Part shown: piece after piece, positions 39,487 through 50,443 of the stretch
Numbering within the stretch: position 1 is the first letter of the stretch
Layout of the letters: each line of letters opens with the position of its first letter
Source: Pedobacter sp.
Lineage (GTDB): Bacteria; Desulfobacterota; Desulfuromonadia; Desulfuromonadales; Syntrophotaleaceae
DNA: 64,000 nucleotides
NCBI GenBank assembly: GCA_050253415.1
Contig: JBFWJC010000002.1
Coordinates: 352,001 to 416,000 of the forward strand
Direction: 5' to 3'
Program-made: the position numbers and the translations under genes
The notes under the pieces: model-generated
Seen by the model: the letters and a program-made list of their open reading frames with translations, nothing else
Database searches by the model: none
What the model was told of the DNA's origin: nothing

Positions 39487-40764
39487 TCAGCTGGCGAGGC
39501 GGTGGCGTTGATGGTTGAGATACCAGGCTTCGCAGAACTCGCAGGTGAGTAACAGGAAAATGGCCAGGGCGATACCCGGTATGGGAACGGGACTCAGCAT
39601 GGCCAATGGCCAGGCCACTGCCAGGTAGGCGACTTTGGCCACCGTAGCCCAACCAAGGACCCCGGTGCGGTGGCACTGCGCAAACACGCCACGCCATAGA
39701 TTAACCGCCCCATACAGGATGGGAAACAGCGCACAGCTGGCAAGGGGCAAAGCAATATAGGCGCGCAGATCGGCTTTCAGTCCCATGCACCAGCCCAGTA
39801 CCGGCACATTGAGAGGGTATGCCACAGCCAGCATGATCAGAGCCATTATCGCGGCTACCAGCCGGGAAAAACGCATCAGTACGCGATAGTCCCGCTGGTC
39901 GTGAACCAGTGCCTGGTAAGCCTGCTGCAGGTTGCGCATGGGGCCGGCCAACAAAAAAATGAAGCCGCGTATGACTCCGAAGGCCGCCAGGGCTATGGTG
40001 GCGTCGGGCAGGCGACTGACGATAGCGCTGATCATCAGGGGGATAATCTGTTGCATGGAAGACGAAAAGGCTAGTGGCAGGCTGTAGCGAAACGTGTCGC
40101 GTACGCCATGTTCAGCGCTGCCTGTAGGAATGATTCCGCATTTGCAGGCAAACCAGAGCATCATCAGGCTTTCCACCGCGATACATCCCAGCAGGCCCAG
40201 CGCGCCGAGTTGCGGACCCGGGACGTGTCCGCCTGCCAGTAGCAGGATGACAACCAGAGAACCAATTCGGATCAGAGTGGACAGGGATACCAGTTCGGTG
40301 CGATGGGCGCGCATGACTATCCCTTGACACAGGCCGCGTATTCCGGTGAAAAAGGGCAAAAAAGCCAGAATTGCAATGACCTCACGGGCCCGTTTTGCAA
40401 GATCGGGCGACACGCCGATGAGTTGCTCAAACATGAATTGACCAAAGGGGGTCCAGGCAATCAGGGCCAGCATCATCGAAATACCCGAAGAAGCAGCCAG
40501 CACGAACAACGTAACGCTTATCAGCGAGCGGCGACCGCGAACCAGGGCGAGGGCAATGGTGTGGTTCTGATAACCGGGGGAAGCCAGGAACAGGTGCAGG
40601 GCGATGGCGACCGCAAAGGCGGCCAGATTGGCCACGGCATCGGCCTGGCGTGCCAGGGCCATGTTGATAATGTTATGGGAAAAGCTCATCAACTGGACAT
40701 TGAGCATGAGCGGAAAGAAAAATCGCGAAATCTGTCGCAGGGACAGCGGCGTTGCTTGGTTCAT
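39487..40764 (-). CDS. MATE/MOP-superfamily-like multi-TM transporter or flippase
   Basis: about 12 hydrophobic segments with an internal two-fold repeat (ANLAAFAVA / IALAAFGVI). Confidence 0.7.
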   Translation of the reverse strand: MNQATPLSLRQISRFFFPLMLNVQLMSFSHNIINMALARQADAVANLAAFAVAIALHLFLASPGYQNHTIALALVRGRRSLISVTLFVLAASSGISMMLALIAWTPFGQFMFEQLIGVSPDLAKRAREVIAILAFLPFFTGIRGLCQGIVMRAHRTELVSLSTLIRIGSLVVILLLAGGHVPGPQLGALGLLGCIAVESLMMLWFACKCGIIPTGSAEHGVRDTFRYSLPLAFSSSMQQIIPLMISAIVSRLPDATIALAAFGVIRGFIFLLAGPMRNLQQAYQALVHDQRDYRVLMRFSRLVAAIMALIMLAVAYPLNVPVLGWCMGLKADLRAYIALPLASCALFPILYGAVNLWRGVFAQCHRTGVLGWATVAKVAYLAVAWPLAMLSPVPIPGIALAIFLLLTCEFCEAWYLNHQRHRLAS

Positions 40765-40803
40765 GAAGGAAATCAGTCCGGTAAAGGGTGACGCGTGCCT
40801 TGC

Positions 40804-41433
40804 TCAGGCCGGAAACAGGCGCAGCAGGTCCTGTGGGGTCTCGGCCAGATAGTCGTAAGGGAATCCATCCGTGCGGCCTATGCCCCAGGCGCAAAAGCAG
40901 GTTTTGACCCCGGCGGCGTGGCCGGCACGCAGGTCGGTATGGTGGTCGCCGATCATGACAGCGTGCTCGACATCGGCCCGCATGTCACGCAGCGCCATAA
41001 AGACGGGGGCAGGATCAGGTTTCTTGGGGAGATTGCCGTTGGCGCCGACGATGCTGGTAAAAAAGGCCGTAAGACCCAATTCGTATAGCAGTCGCAAAGT
41101 CATGTCGTAAGGTTTGTTGGTGACAACGGCCATGTTTTTACCCTGGTGGGCCATGAGGAAATCGCCGATTCCGGGATACAGGACGGTCTGGTCGAGCAGG
41201 TGTTCATTGTAAAGGTGCAGGAATCTTCGAAGATGCTGTTCTGAAAATACATTTTCAGGCAGTGCGCGGCGCACCAGCATGGTGGCCCCGTCGCCGACAT
41301 AGTCGCGCACCTGATCGATGGGCAGAGGCCCAAGATCGAGTTCTTCGCGCAGCAGGTTTACCGCGGTACCAAGGTCGGCGACCGAGTCAACGAGGGTACC
41401 GTCAAGGTCGAACAACAGAGTGTCAAAAGCCAT
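40804..41433 (-). CDS. HAD-family hydrolase, phosphoglycolate phosphatase-like
   Basis: FDLDGTLVDS, VVTNKP, KKPDP, MIGD...D. Confidence 0.9.
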   Translation of the reverse strand: MAFDTLLFDLDGTLVDSVADLGTAVNLLREELDLGPLPIDQVRDYVGDGATMLVRRALPENVFSEQHLRRFLHLYNEHLLDQTVLYPGIGDFLMAHQGKNMAVVTNKPYDMTLRLLYELGLTAFFTSIVGANGNLPKKPDPAPVFMALRDMRADVEHAVMIGDHHTDLRAGHAAGVKTCFCAWGIGRTDGFPYDYLAETPQDLLRLFPA

Positions 41434-41489
41434 GGCGCGTACCTCCGGTGATGTTTTTGGTTTGCGCAGCGGGAAAAGAGAATTATTTT

Positions 41490-41810
41490 ACCACGAAGAG
41501 CACGAAGGACACGGAGAAGTTCCAATAACGACAAAGCTACCACGAACAGGGATATTCAGGATAGACAGGATGAAAACCAGGGGACTTGGGTTTATAGCCT
41601 GCATATTCCTGTAAAAGCAAGATTGACTGGGACAACGATCATCAACATATAAGATCACGAAAATAATAGGGAGCTTCTTTTGCTTCTGCTAAAAAGAGAT
41701 TTTTCGATGTATTGTCCGAGAACTTCAAATTCTTGGAGAAATTCTATCTTATCCGGATTGGTAGGATCTTCGCCTTGGTTCTCTTCGTGTTCTTCGCGTC
41801 CTTCGTGGTG
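41490..41810. mobile_element. nested palindromic element B (outer CACGAAG-type arms, inner CAGGAT-type arms)
   Basis: outer arms 41490-41518 and 41779-41810; inner left arm 41545-41573, degenerate inner right arm about 41596-41614. Confidence 0.75.
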
Positions 41811-41868
41811 TGAAAAATACGACAAACCTGCACCTCGTTATTTGTGTCGAGGATGCTGAAACAAGTGA

Positions 41869-43275
41869 TTAAAAGAGGTTCTTGATATAAGCGAACAGGC
41901 CCGCCTCCTCGACCTTGTAATAGAGGATAATGCCGACCGCCACCGGTGCCACAAAGCGGATTAAAAAATGCCAGGTAGGATAGACCCAGGCGGAACCGCC
42001 GGCCAGCAACTCCTCCTTCTCCTCATGACCGCTCCAGAACCAGCCGACATACACGGCCGTGAGCAGGCCGCTGATGGGCAATAGGTAATTGGAGGCGATA
42101 AGGTCGATGGAATCGAAGACCCCCAGTTTTCCAATGGGGGTGAGATGGGTCAGCAGGTTGCTGGACAGGGCCGAGGGGATGCCGACGACAAACGCCAGTG
42201 CCGCCAGAACAGCGGTGGCGCGTTTGCGGTCCCAGCCCCGTTCGTCGATAAGGTAGGCGACCTGCGATTCGAGCAGCGAGATGGCGCTGGTCAAGGCGGC
42301 GAACGCCAAAAGCAAAAAGAACAGCAGGGCAAGTATGTTACCGCCTGGAAGACTGGAAAAAACCATCGGAATAGTTTTGAAAACCAGTCCCGGACCGGCT
42401 CCGGGTTGCATCCCGGCGGAAAACACGATAGGGAAAATGGCCAGTCCCGCCATGAGAGCGATGCCGGTATCGAGCAGTGCGATACGCAGACCGGCATCGA
42501 ACAGGTTCTCCTGCCGACTCAGGTAGGAGCCGTAGGTGATCATGGCTGCCATGCCGAGGGACAGGGTGAAGAAGGCATGCCCGAGTGCTTCCAGCACCGC
42601 GCCGGGGGTCAGTTTGCGGAAGTCGGGACGGAACATGAACTCAAGTCCTTGCCGGGCGCCATCGCTGAGCATGCCATTGATAAATAGCAGCACCAGCAAA
42701 CCAAGCAGTACAGGCATGAGGATCTTGCTCCAGCGTTCGATCCCCTTTTGCACACCGCCGATAACGATGCCCAGGCACAGCCCGATAAAGGTGAAATGCC
42801 ACAATACCTGGCGAAAGCCATTCTTTTCCAAACCCTCGAACATGGCATTGATCTGCGTGGCAATGTGCGAGGAGGCCGTGCCGGGAATGGCGGAGAAGGA
42901 GCCCGTCAGGGCACGAAACAGGTAGTCCAGGGTCCAGCCGGCGACCACCGAATAGTAGGACAGGATAACAAAGGCGGCAAGGATACTGACCCACCCCGCC
43001 AGTTGCCAGGGCGAGCGGCGGCCCTCCAGGCGTAAAAAGGCACCGACGGCGTCGCGCCGGGTATGTCTGCCTATCATCAGCTCCGCCATCATGATAGGCA
43101 GTCCGACCAGAGCAATGCAGACCAGGTAGACCAGCACGAAAGCGCCGCCACCGTTATTGCCGGTGATGTAGGGAAACTTCCAGATGTTACCGAGACCCAC
43201 GGCGCTGCCGGCGGCCGCCAGGATGAAGCCGAGGCGTGATCCCCACAGGGCACGGGGTTGGCTGGAATCTGACAT
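41869..43275 (-). CDS. NSS/SNF-family sodium-dependent transporter
   Basis: WGSRLGFILAAAGSAVGLGNIWKFPY, GGGAF, AFFTLSLG, AALTSAISLLE. Confidence 0.95.
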   Translation of the reverse strand: MSDSSQPRALWGSRLGFILAAAGSAVGLGNIWKFPYITGNNGGGAFVLVYLVCIALVGLPIMMAELMIGRHTRRDAVGAFLRLEGRRSPWQLAGWVSILAAFVILSYYSVVAGWTLDYLFRALTGSFSAIPGTASSHIATQINAMFEGLEKNGFRQVLWHFTFIGLCLGIVIGGVQKGIERWSKILMPVLLGLLVLLFINGMLSDGARQGLEFMFRPDFRKLTPGAVLEALGHAFFTLSLGMAAMITYGSYLSRQENLFDAGLRIALLDTGIALMAGLAIFPIVFSAGMQPGAGPGLVFKTIPMVFSSLPGGNILALLFFLLLAFAALTSAISLLESQVAYLIDERGWDRKRATAVLAALAFVVGIPSALSSNLLTHLTPIGKLGVFDSIDLIASNYLLPISGLLTAVYVGWFWSGHEEKEELLAGGSAWVYPTWHFLIRFVAPVAVGIILYYKVEEAGLFAYIKNLF

Positions 43276-43284
43276 GCGGTTACC

Positions 43285-43971
43285 TCAATAGCGTGAACCG
43301 AAGATGGCGGAACCGACCCGCACCAGTGTGGCGCCTTCTTCGATGGCTGCTTCAAAGTCGTGGCTCATGCCCATGGACAACTCCCGCATTTCGACCCCCG
43401 CAAGCTGCAGTGCGGCTATGCTATCGGCAAGTTGGCGCAGGCGGCGGAAAAAAGGACGCACTTCCTCAGGATCATCCAGGTAAGGCGGCAGGGCCATCAG
43501 TCCGCGGATGCGCACGTGGGGCAGCTGTGCAACCTGGCGTACCAGATCCTGCAGGGCCGCCTCATCGGTACCCGATTTGCTCTCTTCTTCGCCGAGGTTG
43601 ACCTGAATCAGGATGTCTACGGGTTTGTCGAGCTTGCTCCATTGACGATCGATTTCCTTGGCCAGAGACAGCCGGTCGACGGAATGGATCATGGCCACTT
43701 TGCCGCGCAGGTACTTGACCTTGTTGGTCTGCAGGCTGCCGATAAAGTGCCACGTCACCGGGGTGGTGACTTCTTCGGTCTTGGCCACAAACTCCTGCAC
43801 GTAATTTTCGCCAAACAGGGTCTGGCCGCTTTCTGCTGCCTGGTCGATCATGGCGGCAGGCTTGGTTTTGGAGACTGCTACCAGCTGGACGTCGTCCGGG
43901 TTGCGGTTGGCACGCTTACAGGCAGCGTCTATGCGCTCATGGATGTTTTGCAGGTTTGTCTGGATACTCAT
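43285..43971 (-). CDS. yggS: YggS/PLP homeostasis protein
   Basis: LVAVSKT, FGENYVQE, WHFIGSLQTNK, LSMGMS, VRVGSAIFG. Confidence 0.95.
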   Translation of the reverse strand: MSIQTNLQNIHERIDAACKRANRNPDDVQLVAVSKTKPAAMIDQAAESGQTLFGENYVQEFVAKTEEVTTPVTWHFIGSLQTNKVKYLRGKVAMIHSVDRLSLAKEIDRQWSKLDKPVDILIQVNLGEEESKSGTDEAALQDLVRQVAQLPHVRIRGLMALPPYLDDPEEVRPFFRRLRQLADSIAALQLAGVEMRELSMGMSHDFEAAIEEGATLVRVGSAIFGSRY

Positions 43972-44001
43972 GGCGGATCCTTCCGGTGACCGGCATGCGG
44001 G

Positions 44002-44664
44002 TCAAGATGGGGATTCCAAGTGGGCGGAGCGAGGCAACTCGGTCTCGAACAGGCGCACGGCGCCTAACCTCTCCAGGGTCTCGACCACCTCGCACAGTGG
44101 CAAACCGACAACGTTGGTGTAGCTGCCTTCAATTGCGGGAATCATGAAAGCACCTACCCCCTGGATGGCATACGCACCGGCCTTGCCGAACGGCTCGCCG
44201 GTGGCAATGTACCCCTGAATCTCCCGCTCTGTCAACTCCCGGAACCGTACCGCGGTCGTGACGGCCTGCGCCACTTCCTGTCCGGTTGCCCGGTCGATAA
44301 CGGCGTAGCCGGAAATGACGTTATGACTGCGGCCGGAAAGCGAACGCAGCATGGCAGCGGCATCGGCGGCATCGGTCGGTTTACCGAGGATGGTTGCGTC
44401 GCGCACCACCACCGTGTCGCTGCCGATGAACCAGCGCCCCGCAATCTCGGGGCGACGTGCCACCTCGCGTGCCTTGAGCAGGCTCAGGCGCGTGACGTGT
44501 TGCTGAGGGGTCTCCTGCGGCAATACCTCTTCCGGCGCGTCGCTGGGGATAACGGTAAATGAGATGCCGACTCCGGCCAGCAACTGGCTGCGACGCGGCG
44601 AGGCGGAAGCCAGCACGATGCCATTGTCCGTGGGGGCGGAATAAAAGAGAGGTTCAGTCTTCAT
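44002..44664 (-). CDS. maf: Maf nucleotide pyrophosphatase
   Basis: [29 protein letters not shown]. Confidence 0.95.
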   Translation of the reverse strand: MKTEPLFYSAPTDNGIVLASASPRRSQLLAGVGISFTVIPSDAPEEVLPQETPQQHVTRLSLLKAREVARRPEIAGRWFIGSDTVVVRDATILGKPTDAADAAAMLRSLSGRSHNVISGYAVIDRATGQEVAQAVTTAVRFRELTEREIQGYIATGEPFGKAGAYAIQGVGAFMIPAIEGSYTNVVGLPLCEVVETLERLGAVRLFETELPRSAHLESPS

Positions 44665-46033
44665 GGGGCTCTTCCTGGGGCAAGGGGCTGATAGCTGGGA
44701 GATGAGGCAATACCTGCTGCCGCCACGGTTCCAGATCGGTCAAGGCACGTTCGGCCATGGCCAGTCGTCGGTCAGCCCGCTTGCGCTTGCGTCCCTCCAG
44801 GGGCGGGAATAAGCCATAGTTGACATTCATCGGCTGAAAATCATCGGGGCTGGATAAAGACAGATGACCGAGCAGGGCGCCGAGGGCCGTGGTTACCGGC
44901 GGGAGAGCGACTGGTCGGTTCTGCAGTTGTCCCGCCGCGAACAGTCCAGCCAAAAAGCCGCAGGCGGCCGATTCGACATAACCTTCCACCCCGGTGATCT
45001 GCCCGGCAAAAAACAGCCGGTCATCGGTCTTCAGGCGCAAGTGGCTGTCCAGACAGCTCGGAGCGTTGATGAAGGTATTGCGATGCATGCTGCCGAGGCG
45101 TTCGAAGTTGGCGTTCTGCAGGCCGGGGATGGTGCGGAAAATGCGACGCTGCTCCGGGTAGGTTAACTTGGTCTGGAACCCGACCATGTTGAACAGGGTG
45201 GCGTGCCGGTTGTCCTGGCGCAGTTGTACCACGGCAAAAGCTTCGCGACCGGTGCGCGGATCGGGCAACCCCACCGGTTTCATGGGGCCGAAGGCAAGGG
45301 TCAGATCGCCGCGTTCCGCCATTTCTTCCACAGGCATGCAGCCTTCGAAGTGCACGACTTTTTCAAATTCTTTTCCCGGAACCTTTTCCGCAGATTTGAG
45401 GGCCTCGATGAAGTCAAAGTATTCCTCGCGCGACAACGGACAGTTGATGTAATCATCCCCGCCGCGCCCGTAACGGGAGGCTTTCCAGGCGATGCTGTAG
45501 TCGATGCTGTCGGCTTCGATTATAGGGGCGATAGCATCGTAAAAGTAGAGATGTTCACTGCCGGTCAGTCGGGCGATCTCCGCAGCGAGGGCATCCGAGG
45601 TCAGCGGACCGGTGGCGATGATGACCGTGCCTTCGGGCGGGATGCTGACTTGCTCGGCGCGTTGCAGGGTGATGAGGGGATGACGGTTGATGCGTTCGGT
45701 GATGGTGCAGGAAAAAGCGTCCCGGTCGACGGCCAGAGCACCGCCCGCAGGCACTGCGGTGGCATCGGCAGCCTGCATGAAAAGGGTCGCGCAGCGCCGC
45801 AATTCTTCTTTGAGGCAACCGACCGCATTGTTCATCCCTGCGCCGCGCAAACTGTTGGAGCAGACCAGTTCGGCCAGATCCGGATTGTGGTGCGCGGGGG
45901 AAAAGGTATGCGGTTTCATCTCCAGCAGGGTCACCTGCAGACCTTGTTCGGCAGCCTGCCAGGCAGCCTCGCAGCCGGCCAGACCGGCCCCGATGATAGT
46001 AAGGGTGGGTGACGTTTGATTTGTATGGCTCAT
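44654..46033 (-). CDS. trmFO: folate/FAD-dependent tRNA m5U54 methyltransferase
   Basis: [46 protein letters not shown]. Confidence 0.96.
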   Translation of the reverse strand: MSHTNQTSPTLTIIGAGLAGCEAAWQAAEQGLQVTLLEMKPHTFSPAHHNPDLAELVCSNSLRGAGMNNAVGCLKEELRRCATLFMQAADATAVPAGGALAVDRDAFSCTITERINRHPLITLQRAEQVSIPPEGTVIIATGPLTSDALAAEIARLTGSEHLYFYDAIAPIIEADSIDYSIAWKASRYGRGGDDYINCPLSREEYFDFIEALKSAEKVPGKEFEKVVHFEGCMPVEEMAERGDLTLAFGPMKPVGLPDPRTGREAFAVVQLRQDNRHATLFNMVGFQTKLTYPEQRRIFRTIPGLQNANFERLGSMHRNTFINAPSCLDSHLRLKTDDRLFFAGQITGVEGYVESAACGFLAGLFAAGQLQNRPVALPPVTTALGALLGHLSLSSPDDFQPMNVNYGLFPPLEGRKRKRADRRLAMAERALTDLEPWRQQVLPHLPAISPLPQEEPHED

Positions 46034-46078
46034 AGTCGTCTCGCGGCGCCTTTTGCAGGGGCGCCAATAATGCAGAAA

Positions 46079-46102
46079 CGACCGGGCCGCAAAGCCCGGT
46101 CG
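46079..46102 (-). terminator. hairpin/terminator after topA
   Basis: cgaccgggc-cgcaaa-gcccggtcg with a short U tract on the minus strand. Confidence 0.55.
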
Positions 46103-46133
46103 CTCGTAAGAATCGATGTGAAAAGCAACGGCA

Positions 46134-48656
46134 CTATTTGTCGTCGTCGGACTTCGCAGCTTTTTTGGCCGGGGCTTTTTTCGTTGCCGTCTTTTTGGTT
46201 ACGGCCTTTTTGGCGTCAGGCTTTTCAGCCTCTGCCTTTTTGGTGGTCTTTTTGGCTGTAGCCGGTTTTGCGGCCGTGGTTTTCTTTGTCGCGGTTTTCT
46301 TTTCCGCGGTTTTCTTTTCCGCGGTTTTAGCCGCGGCTTTTTTGGGGGCTGCCTTGGCCTTGGGGGCAGCTTTGACTTTCGGTTCCGGTGGAATCAACAC
46401 TTCGGTCCAGTCGCATGTCTCCTGGGGGCACTTGCGGAAGGTACCCTGGCGCTTGGTGACTTTTTCCACCACCAGCGGGAATTTGCACTTAGGACAAGGT
46501 TCCTCAATAGGCAGATCCCATAGGGCATATTTGCATTGCGGATAGCGGTTGCAGGAATAGAAAATCTTGCCGTAGCGGCTTTTCTTTTCCATCAACTCCC
46601 CTTCGCCGCACTGGGGACAGGTAATGCCGAGGGACTTGGGCTTGACCAGAGGTTGAATATTCTTGCACGCAGGATAGGCCGAACATGCCAGGAACTTGCC
46701 ATAGCGGCCTTCCTTGATAAGCATGGGGGCGCTGCATTTGTCGCATGTCTGATCCGACATGACCGGTTCTTCACGCTCGCCGCCATTCAGAGGTTCCGTA
46801 TAGCGGCATTCGGGGAATCCGGAACAGGCCAGAAACCGTCCTGCTCTGCCGAGTTTAATAACCAGCGGTTTGCTGCACTCGGGGCAGGTGCGGTCGGTCT
46901 TCTCGGTGGTCACATCCTGCTTGGAAATCTGGGTTTCCTTTTCTTTAAGCAGGGAGATGAACGGTCCCCAGAAATCGTGCAGAACCGGTTGCCATTCCCG
47001 TTCGCCGCGTGAGATGGCGTCAAGATCTTCTTCCATCTGGGCGGTGAAATCGTAATCGACGTACTTGTTGAAATGGTTGACCAGCAGATCGTTGACCACC
47101 ATCCCCACATCCTCGGTATAAAACGCACGTTTTTCAAGGCGCACGTATTTACGGGTCACCAACGTGTTGAGTGTTGAGGCATAGGTCGAGGGGCGGCCGA
47201 TGCCGTGCTCTTCGAGGGTTTTTACGAGACTGGCCTCGGTATAACGTGGCGGCGGTTGGGTAAAGTGCTGGGAAGGCAGCACTTCGCGGCAATCGAGGGG
47301 TTGTTCCTTGTCCAGCGCCGGCAGGGTGCTTTCCCCCTGATTGTCCTGATCTTCAGGGTTGTCGATATCCTCGATATACAGCTTCATGAAGCCGGGGAAT
47401 CGAACCACCTGGCCGGAAGCCCTGAATATGAAGCGTTCCCCGGCACCGATGTCGACGGTGGTGGCATCCAGAATAGCCGAAGCCATCTGTGAGGCCACGG
47501 TACGCTGCCAGATAAGCCGGTACATTTTGTACTGGTCGGAGCTTAAGTGAGGTTTGATCTTGTCCGGCAGGTTGGCCAATGACGTGGGGCGCACGGCTTC
47601 GTGAGCCTCTTGGGCGTTTTTGGCTTTGTTTTTGAAAACGCGCGGTTGGCTCAGAGCGTAATCCTCGCCGTACATACGGGTGATGACTTCGCGAGCTTCA
47701 TCGGTTGCAACCTGCGACAGGGCCACCGAGTCGGTACGCATATAAGTGATAAGACCCTCGAGCCCATTGCCGACGTCAATCCCTTCATAGAGTTTTTGCG
47801 CCACCGTCATGGTCTTGCGGGCGGAAAATCCGAGTTTTCGGCTGGCTTCCTGTTGCAAGGTACTGGTGGTGAAAGGAGCGGCAGGGTTGCGCTTTTTGGA
47901 GGTCTGCTTGAGGTTGTTTACCTGGAACGACTGGCTGGCGATGGCATCGACCAGTTCCTGCGCCTGGGCCTGCTGGGCGATGTCGAATTTATCGAGGGGT
48001 TGGCCATCGACGGCGTGCAGTCGGGCCTGAAAAACCGCGCCCTGTTCGGTGCCCATTTGGGCTTCGATGGTCCAGTACTCGCGCGGTTCGAAAGCCTGAA
48101 TCGCTTTTTCCCGTTCGCAGATCAGACGCAGAGCTACAGATTGCACACGCCCGGCGGACAATCCGTAGCGGATCTTCTTCCATAGAAACGGCGACAGGTT
48201 GAACCCGACCAGGTAGTCGAGCACCGAGCGGGCTTGCTGGGCATCGACCAGTTCGCGAGAAATATGCCCGGGGTGAGCGACCGCTTCCTGGATGGCGTTT
48301 TTGGTTATTTCATGAAATGTAACCCGTTTGACGATCGGGGTCTTGGCATTTTCGGGAATTTCCAGAGCTTCCAGCAAATGCCAGGCGATCGCTTCTCCCT
48401 CGCGGTCGGGGTCAGTGGCCAGAATCAGTTCGCGGCTTTTTTTGACCTCTTTTTTTAGAAGCTCTATGTGCTTCTGGCTTTCCGGGAGGATATGGTACAG
48501 GGGGGCAAAATCATGGTCCACGTCGACGGAACCTTGCTTGCTCGGCAGGGCTCGCACGTGACCGTAGGAAGCCAGGACCTTATAGCCCGGGCCGAGAAAT
48601 TTTTCGATGGTTTTCGCCTTGGCAGGCGATTCGACTATTACCAGGGATTGTGCCAT
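46134..48656 (-). CDS. topA: DNA topoisomerase I with four Zn ribbons and a Lys/Ala-rich tail
   Basis: [48 protein letters not shown]. Confidence 0.97.
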   Translation of the reverse strand: MAQSLVIVESPAKAKTIEKFLGPGYKVLASYGHVRALPSKQGSVDVDHDFAPLYHILPESQKHIELLKKEVKKSRELILATDPDREGEAIAWHLLEALEIPENAKTPIVKRVTFHEITKNAIQEAVAHPGHISRELVDAQQARSVLDYLVGFNLSPFLWKKIRYGLSAGRVQSVALRLICEREKAIQAFEPREYWTIEAQMGTEQGAVFQARLHAVDGQPLDKFDIAQQAQAQELVDAIASQSFQVNNLKQTSKKRNPAAPFTTSTLQQEASRKLGFSARKTMTVAQKLYEGIDVGNGLEGLITYMRTDSVALSQVATDEAREVITRMYGEDYALSQPRVFKNKAKNAQEAHEAVRPTSLANLPDKIKPHLSSDQYKMYRLIWQRTVASQMASAILDATTVDIGAGERFIFRASGQVVRFPGFMKLYIEDIDNPEDQDNQGESTLPALDKEQPLDCREVLPSQHFTQPPPRYTEASLVKTLEEHGIGRPSTYASTLNTLVTRKYVRLEKRAFYTEDVGMVVNDLLVNHFNKYVDYDFTAQMEEDLDAISRGEREWQPVLHDFWGPFISLLKEKETQISKQDVTTEKTDRTCPECSKPLVIKLGRAGRFLACSGFPECRYTEPLNGGEREEPVMSDQTCDKCSAPMLIKEGRYGKFLACSAYPACKNIQPLVKPKSLGITCPQCGEGELMEKKSRYGKIFYSCNRYPQCKYALWDLPIEEPCPKCKFPLVVEKVTKRQGTFRKCPQETCDWTEVLIPPEPKVKAAPKAKAAPKKAAAKTAEKKTAEKKTATKKTTAAKPATAKKTTKKAEAEKPDAKKAVTKKTATKKAPAKKAAKSDDDK

Positions 48657-48761
48657 GAATGCCTCGATTTGAAGGTCTGTCTATTGAGGAGGGCATGCAT
48701 CTTGTCCCCGTGCCAACCATGAAACAAAAGGCTGCAGAGTATCCGCAGCCTAAAGATAGTT

Positions 48762-49247
48762 TCAGTGATAAAGCCGAGTCCAGTCATCATCCATGAAGCA
48801 ATCAACCTCGCGCATCCATTCGTGGTGCGAATGGGAGAAGAGGGTCAGCGCCGTCAGGGTTTTGATGTCCTTAAGGCTGACTTCGTCTTCATCGGTGTGC
48901 AAAGCTTTCTGGATGATTTCCTCCAGAATGTTTTCGTCAATGATGCCCATCTCGCGCACACGCATCAGGAAACCGCGCGCATCCCTCTCGATGGCCTGAC
49001 ATTCTTCGGATGTGAAAATGCGCTGACTTGGGATTGACAGGGATTGAGCGAGCTGGTCGGAATTTTGATGCAAGGACAGGTTTTCCATCCAGTGAAAAGC
49101 TGCATCGATCTCCTCAGACTCAAACCCTATTGCCAGCAATTCCTCGACGAGGTCGCCGTTTGCCGGCAGTTGACCATCTTCCATGATGTAATGGGCGATG
49201 ATGCTAACGATGGCCAAGACCCGTTCTTTCAGAGGGTTTCCGGTCAT
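48762..49247 (-). CDS. Smg/DUF494 family protein
   Basis: L..GF...EI..A..W, RIFT.EE and RGFL motifs; dprA-smg-topA synteny; GGAGG RBS. Confidence 0.85.
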   Translation of the reverse strand: MTGNPLKERVLAIVSIIAHYIMEDGQLPANGDLVEELLAIGFESEEIDAAFHWMENLSLHQNSDQLAQSLSIPSQRIFTSEECQAIERDARGFLMRVREMGIIDENILEEIIQKALHTDEDEVSLKDIKTLTALTLFSHSHHEWMREVDCFMDDDWTRLYH

Positions 49248-49261
49248 AAACCTCCATCTGC

Positions 49262-50383
49262 TCAGGAGCTCCGTTTGCGCACGAAGCGCATGCCGGGAAG
49301 CTGAATTGCTCCGTTGGCAAGTTCCAAGTGGAGTAAAATAGCGGAAACCTCCATGGGTGTCAAGCCGCATTTCCTGGCCAGTTCGTCGACATGCATGGGG
49401 GAGTCCTGAAGTTCTTGATAGACCCTTAGCTCTTGGCCTGAGAGTTGATTTTCGAGAGGGTCCTCCTCGGGAGACGGCCTGCTGTCCGCAAATCCGGGAC
49501 GTAGAACATCGAGAATGTCGGCACTTTCGGTAACCAGGTGGGCACCGTCCTTGAGGAGTTGGTTGGTGCCGCAACTCGCGGGGCTATAGGCGGGTCCAGG
49601 AATAGCGAATACTTCACGTCCCTGGTCGAGGGCGAATCCAGCGGTGATCAGAGACCCGCTTCGAACGGCCGCTTCCACAACCAGGACGCCTTGACACATA
49701 CCGCTTATGATGCGGTTACGGCCAGGAAAATGCCTGGCCAGAGGTGCGGTGTCAGGCGGGTATTCCGACAGGATAGCTCCGCCTCGGGCCGGAATGTCCT
49801 CAAACAGATGGGCATTGTCCCGGGGATAGATACGGTCGATGCCGCAGCCGAGAACTGCCACTGTTGCGCCGTTTGCGGCCAGAGCTCCTTCGTGGGCGGC
49901 GCGGTCAATCCCCCGTGCCAGACCGCTGACAATGGCAATGCCCTGGGCGGCAATCTGTCGACAAAGGGTGTGTGTGAGTTGTTGGCTTGCGGTGGAGGCT
50001 TGCCGCGCTCCTACCACAGCGAGCCCGGGATGGCGGGGCAGACGGCCCCTGACATAAAGCAGCGCAGGTGGGTCGTAGATGGCGCGGAGCAGCGCAGGGT
50101 AATTCTCCGCATCCCATAAAGAGACGATGCGGACCTCGAATCGCGCCAGGTTCTCCAGGGTTTCTAAAAATAGTGGAGAGTTCTCTCCGGGCAAAGCTTC
50201 GGCAACGGTACCGCGTATGTTTGCGCGCCTTTTCCACTCAACGGGGCCGGCATCAAGCGCCGCCTCGGGAGAGCCGAAAGCTTCCATTAAGCTAATGATG
50301 CTGGCTCGCCCGAGCCCAGGGGTAAGATGCAGTCGAAGCCAGGATTGTTCTGTGGGAGTCATGGTCGGTTCATCCTGCGCCAA
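49262..50383 (-). CDS. dprA: DNA processing protein DprA
   Basis: PPALLYVRG, VVGAR, VSGLARGID, FPGRNRIISG, SGSLITA, C-terminal winged helix; start may be ATG 50362. Confidence 0.95.
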   Translation of the reverse strand: MAQDEPTMTPTEQSWLRLHLTPGLGRASIISLMEAFGSPEAALDAGPVEWKRRANIRGTVAEALPGENSPLFLETLENLARFEVRIVSLWDAENYPALLRAIYDPPALLYVRGRLPRHPGLAVVGARQASTASQQLTHTLCRQIAAQGIAIVSGLARGIDRAAHEGALAANGATVAVLGCGIDRIYPRDNAHLFEDIPARGGAILSEYPPDTAPLARHFPGRNRIISGMCQGVLVVEAAVRSGSLITAGFALDQGREVFAIPGPAYSPASCGTNQLLKDGAHLVTESADILDVLRPGFADSRPSPEEDPLENQLSGQELRVYQELQDSPMHVDELARKCGLTPMEVSAILLHLELANGAIQLPGMRFVRKRSS

Positions 50384-50384
50384 G

Positions 50385-50418
50385 AAAAAAAGGATTGAAT
50401 GACTTCAATCCTTTTTTT
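50385..50418. terminator. intrinsic terminator between lysM and dprA
   Basis: aaaaaaaggattgaa-tgac-ttcaatccttttttt. Confidence 0.75.
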
Positions 50419-50443
50419 GTTCCGTTGGGTGGGGAGGTCCTCT

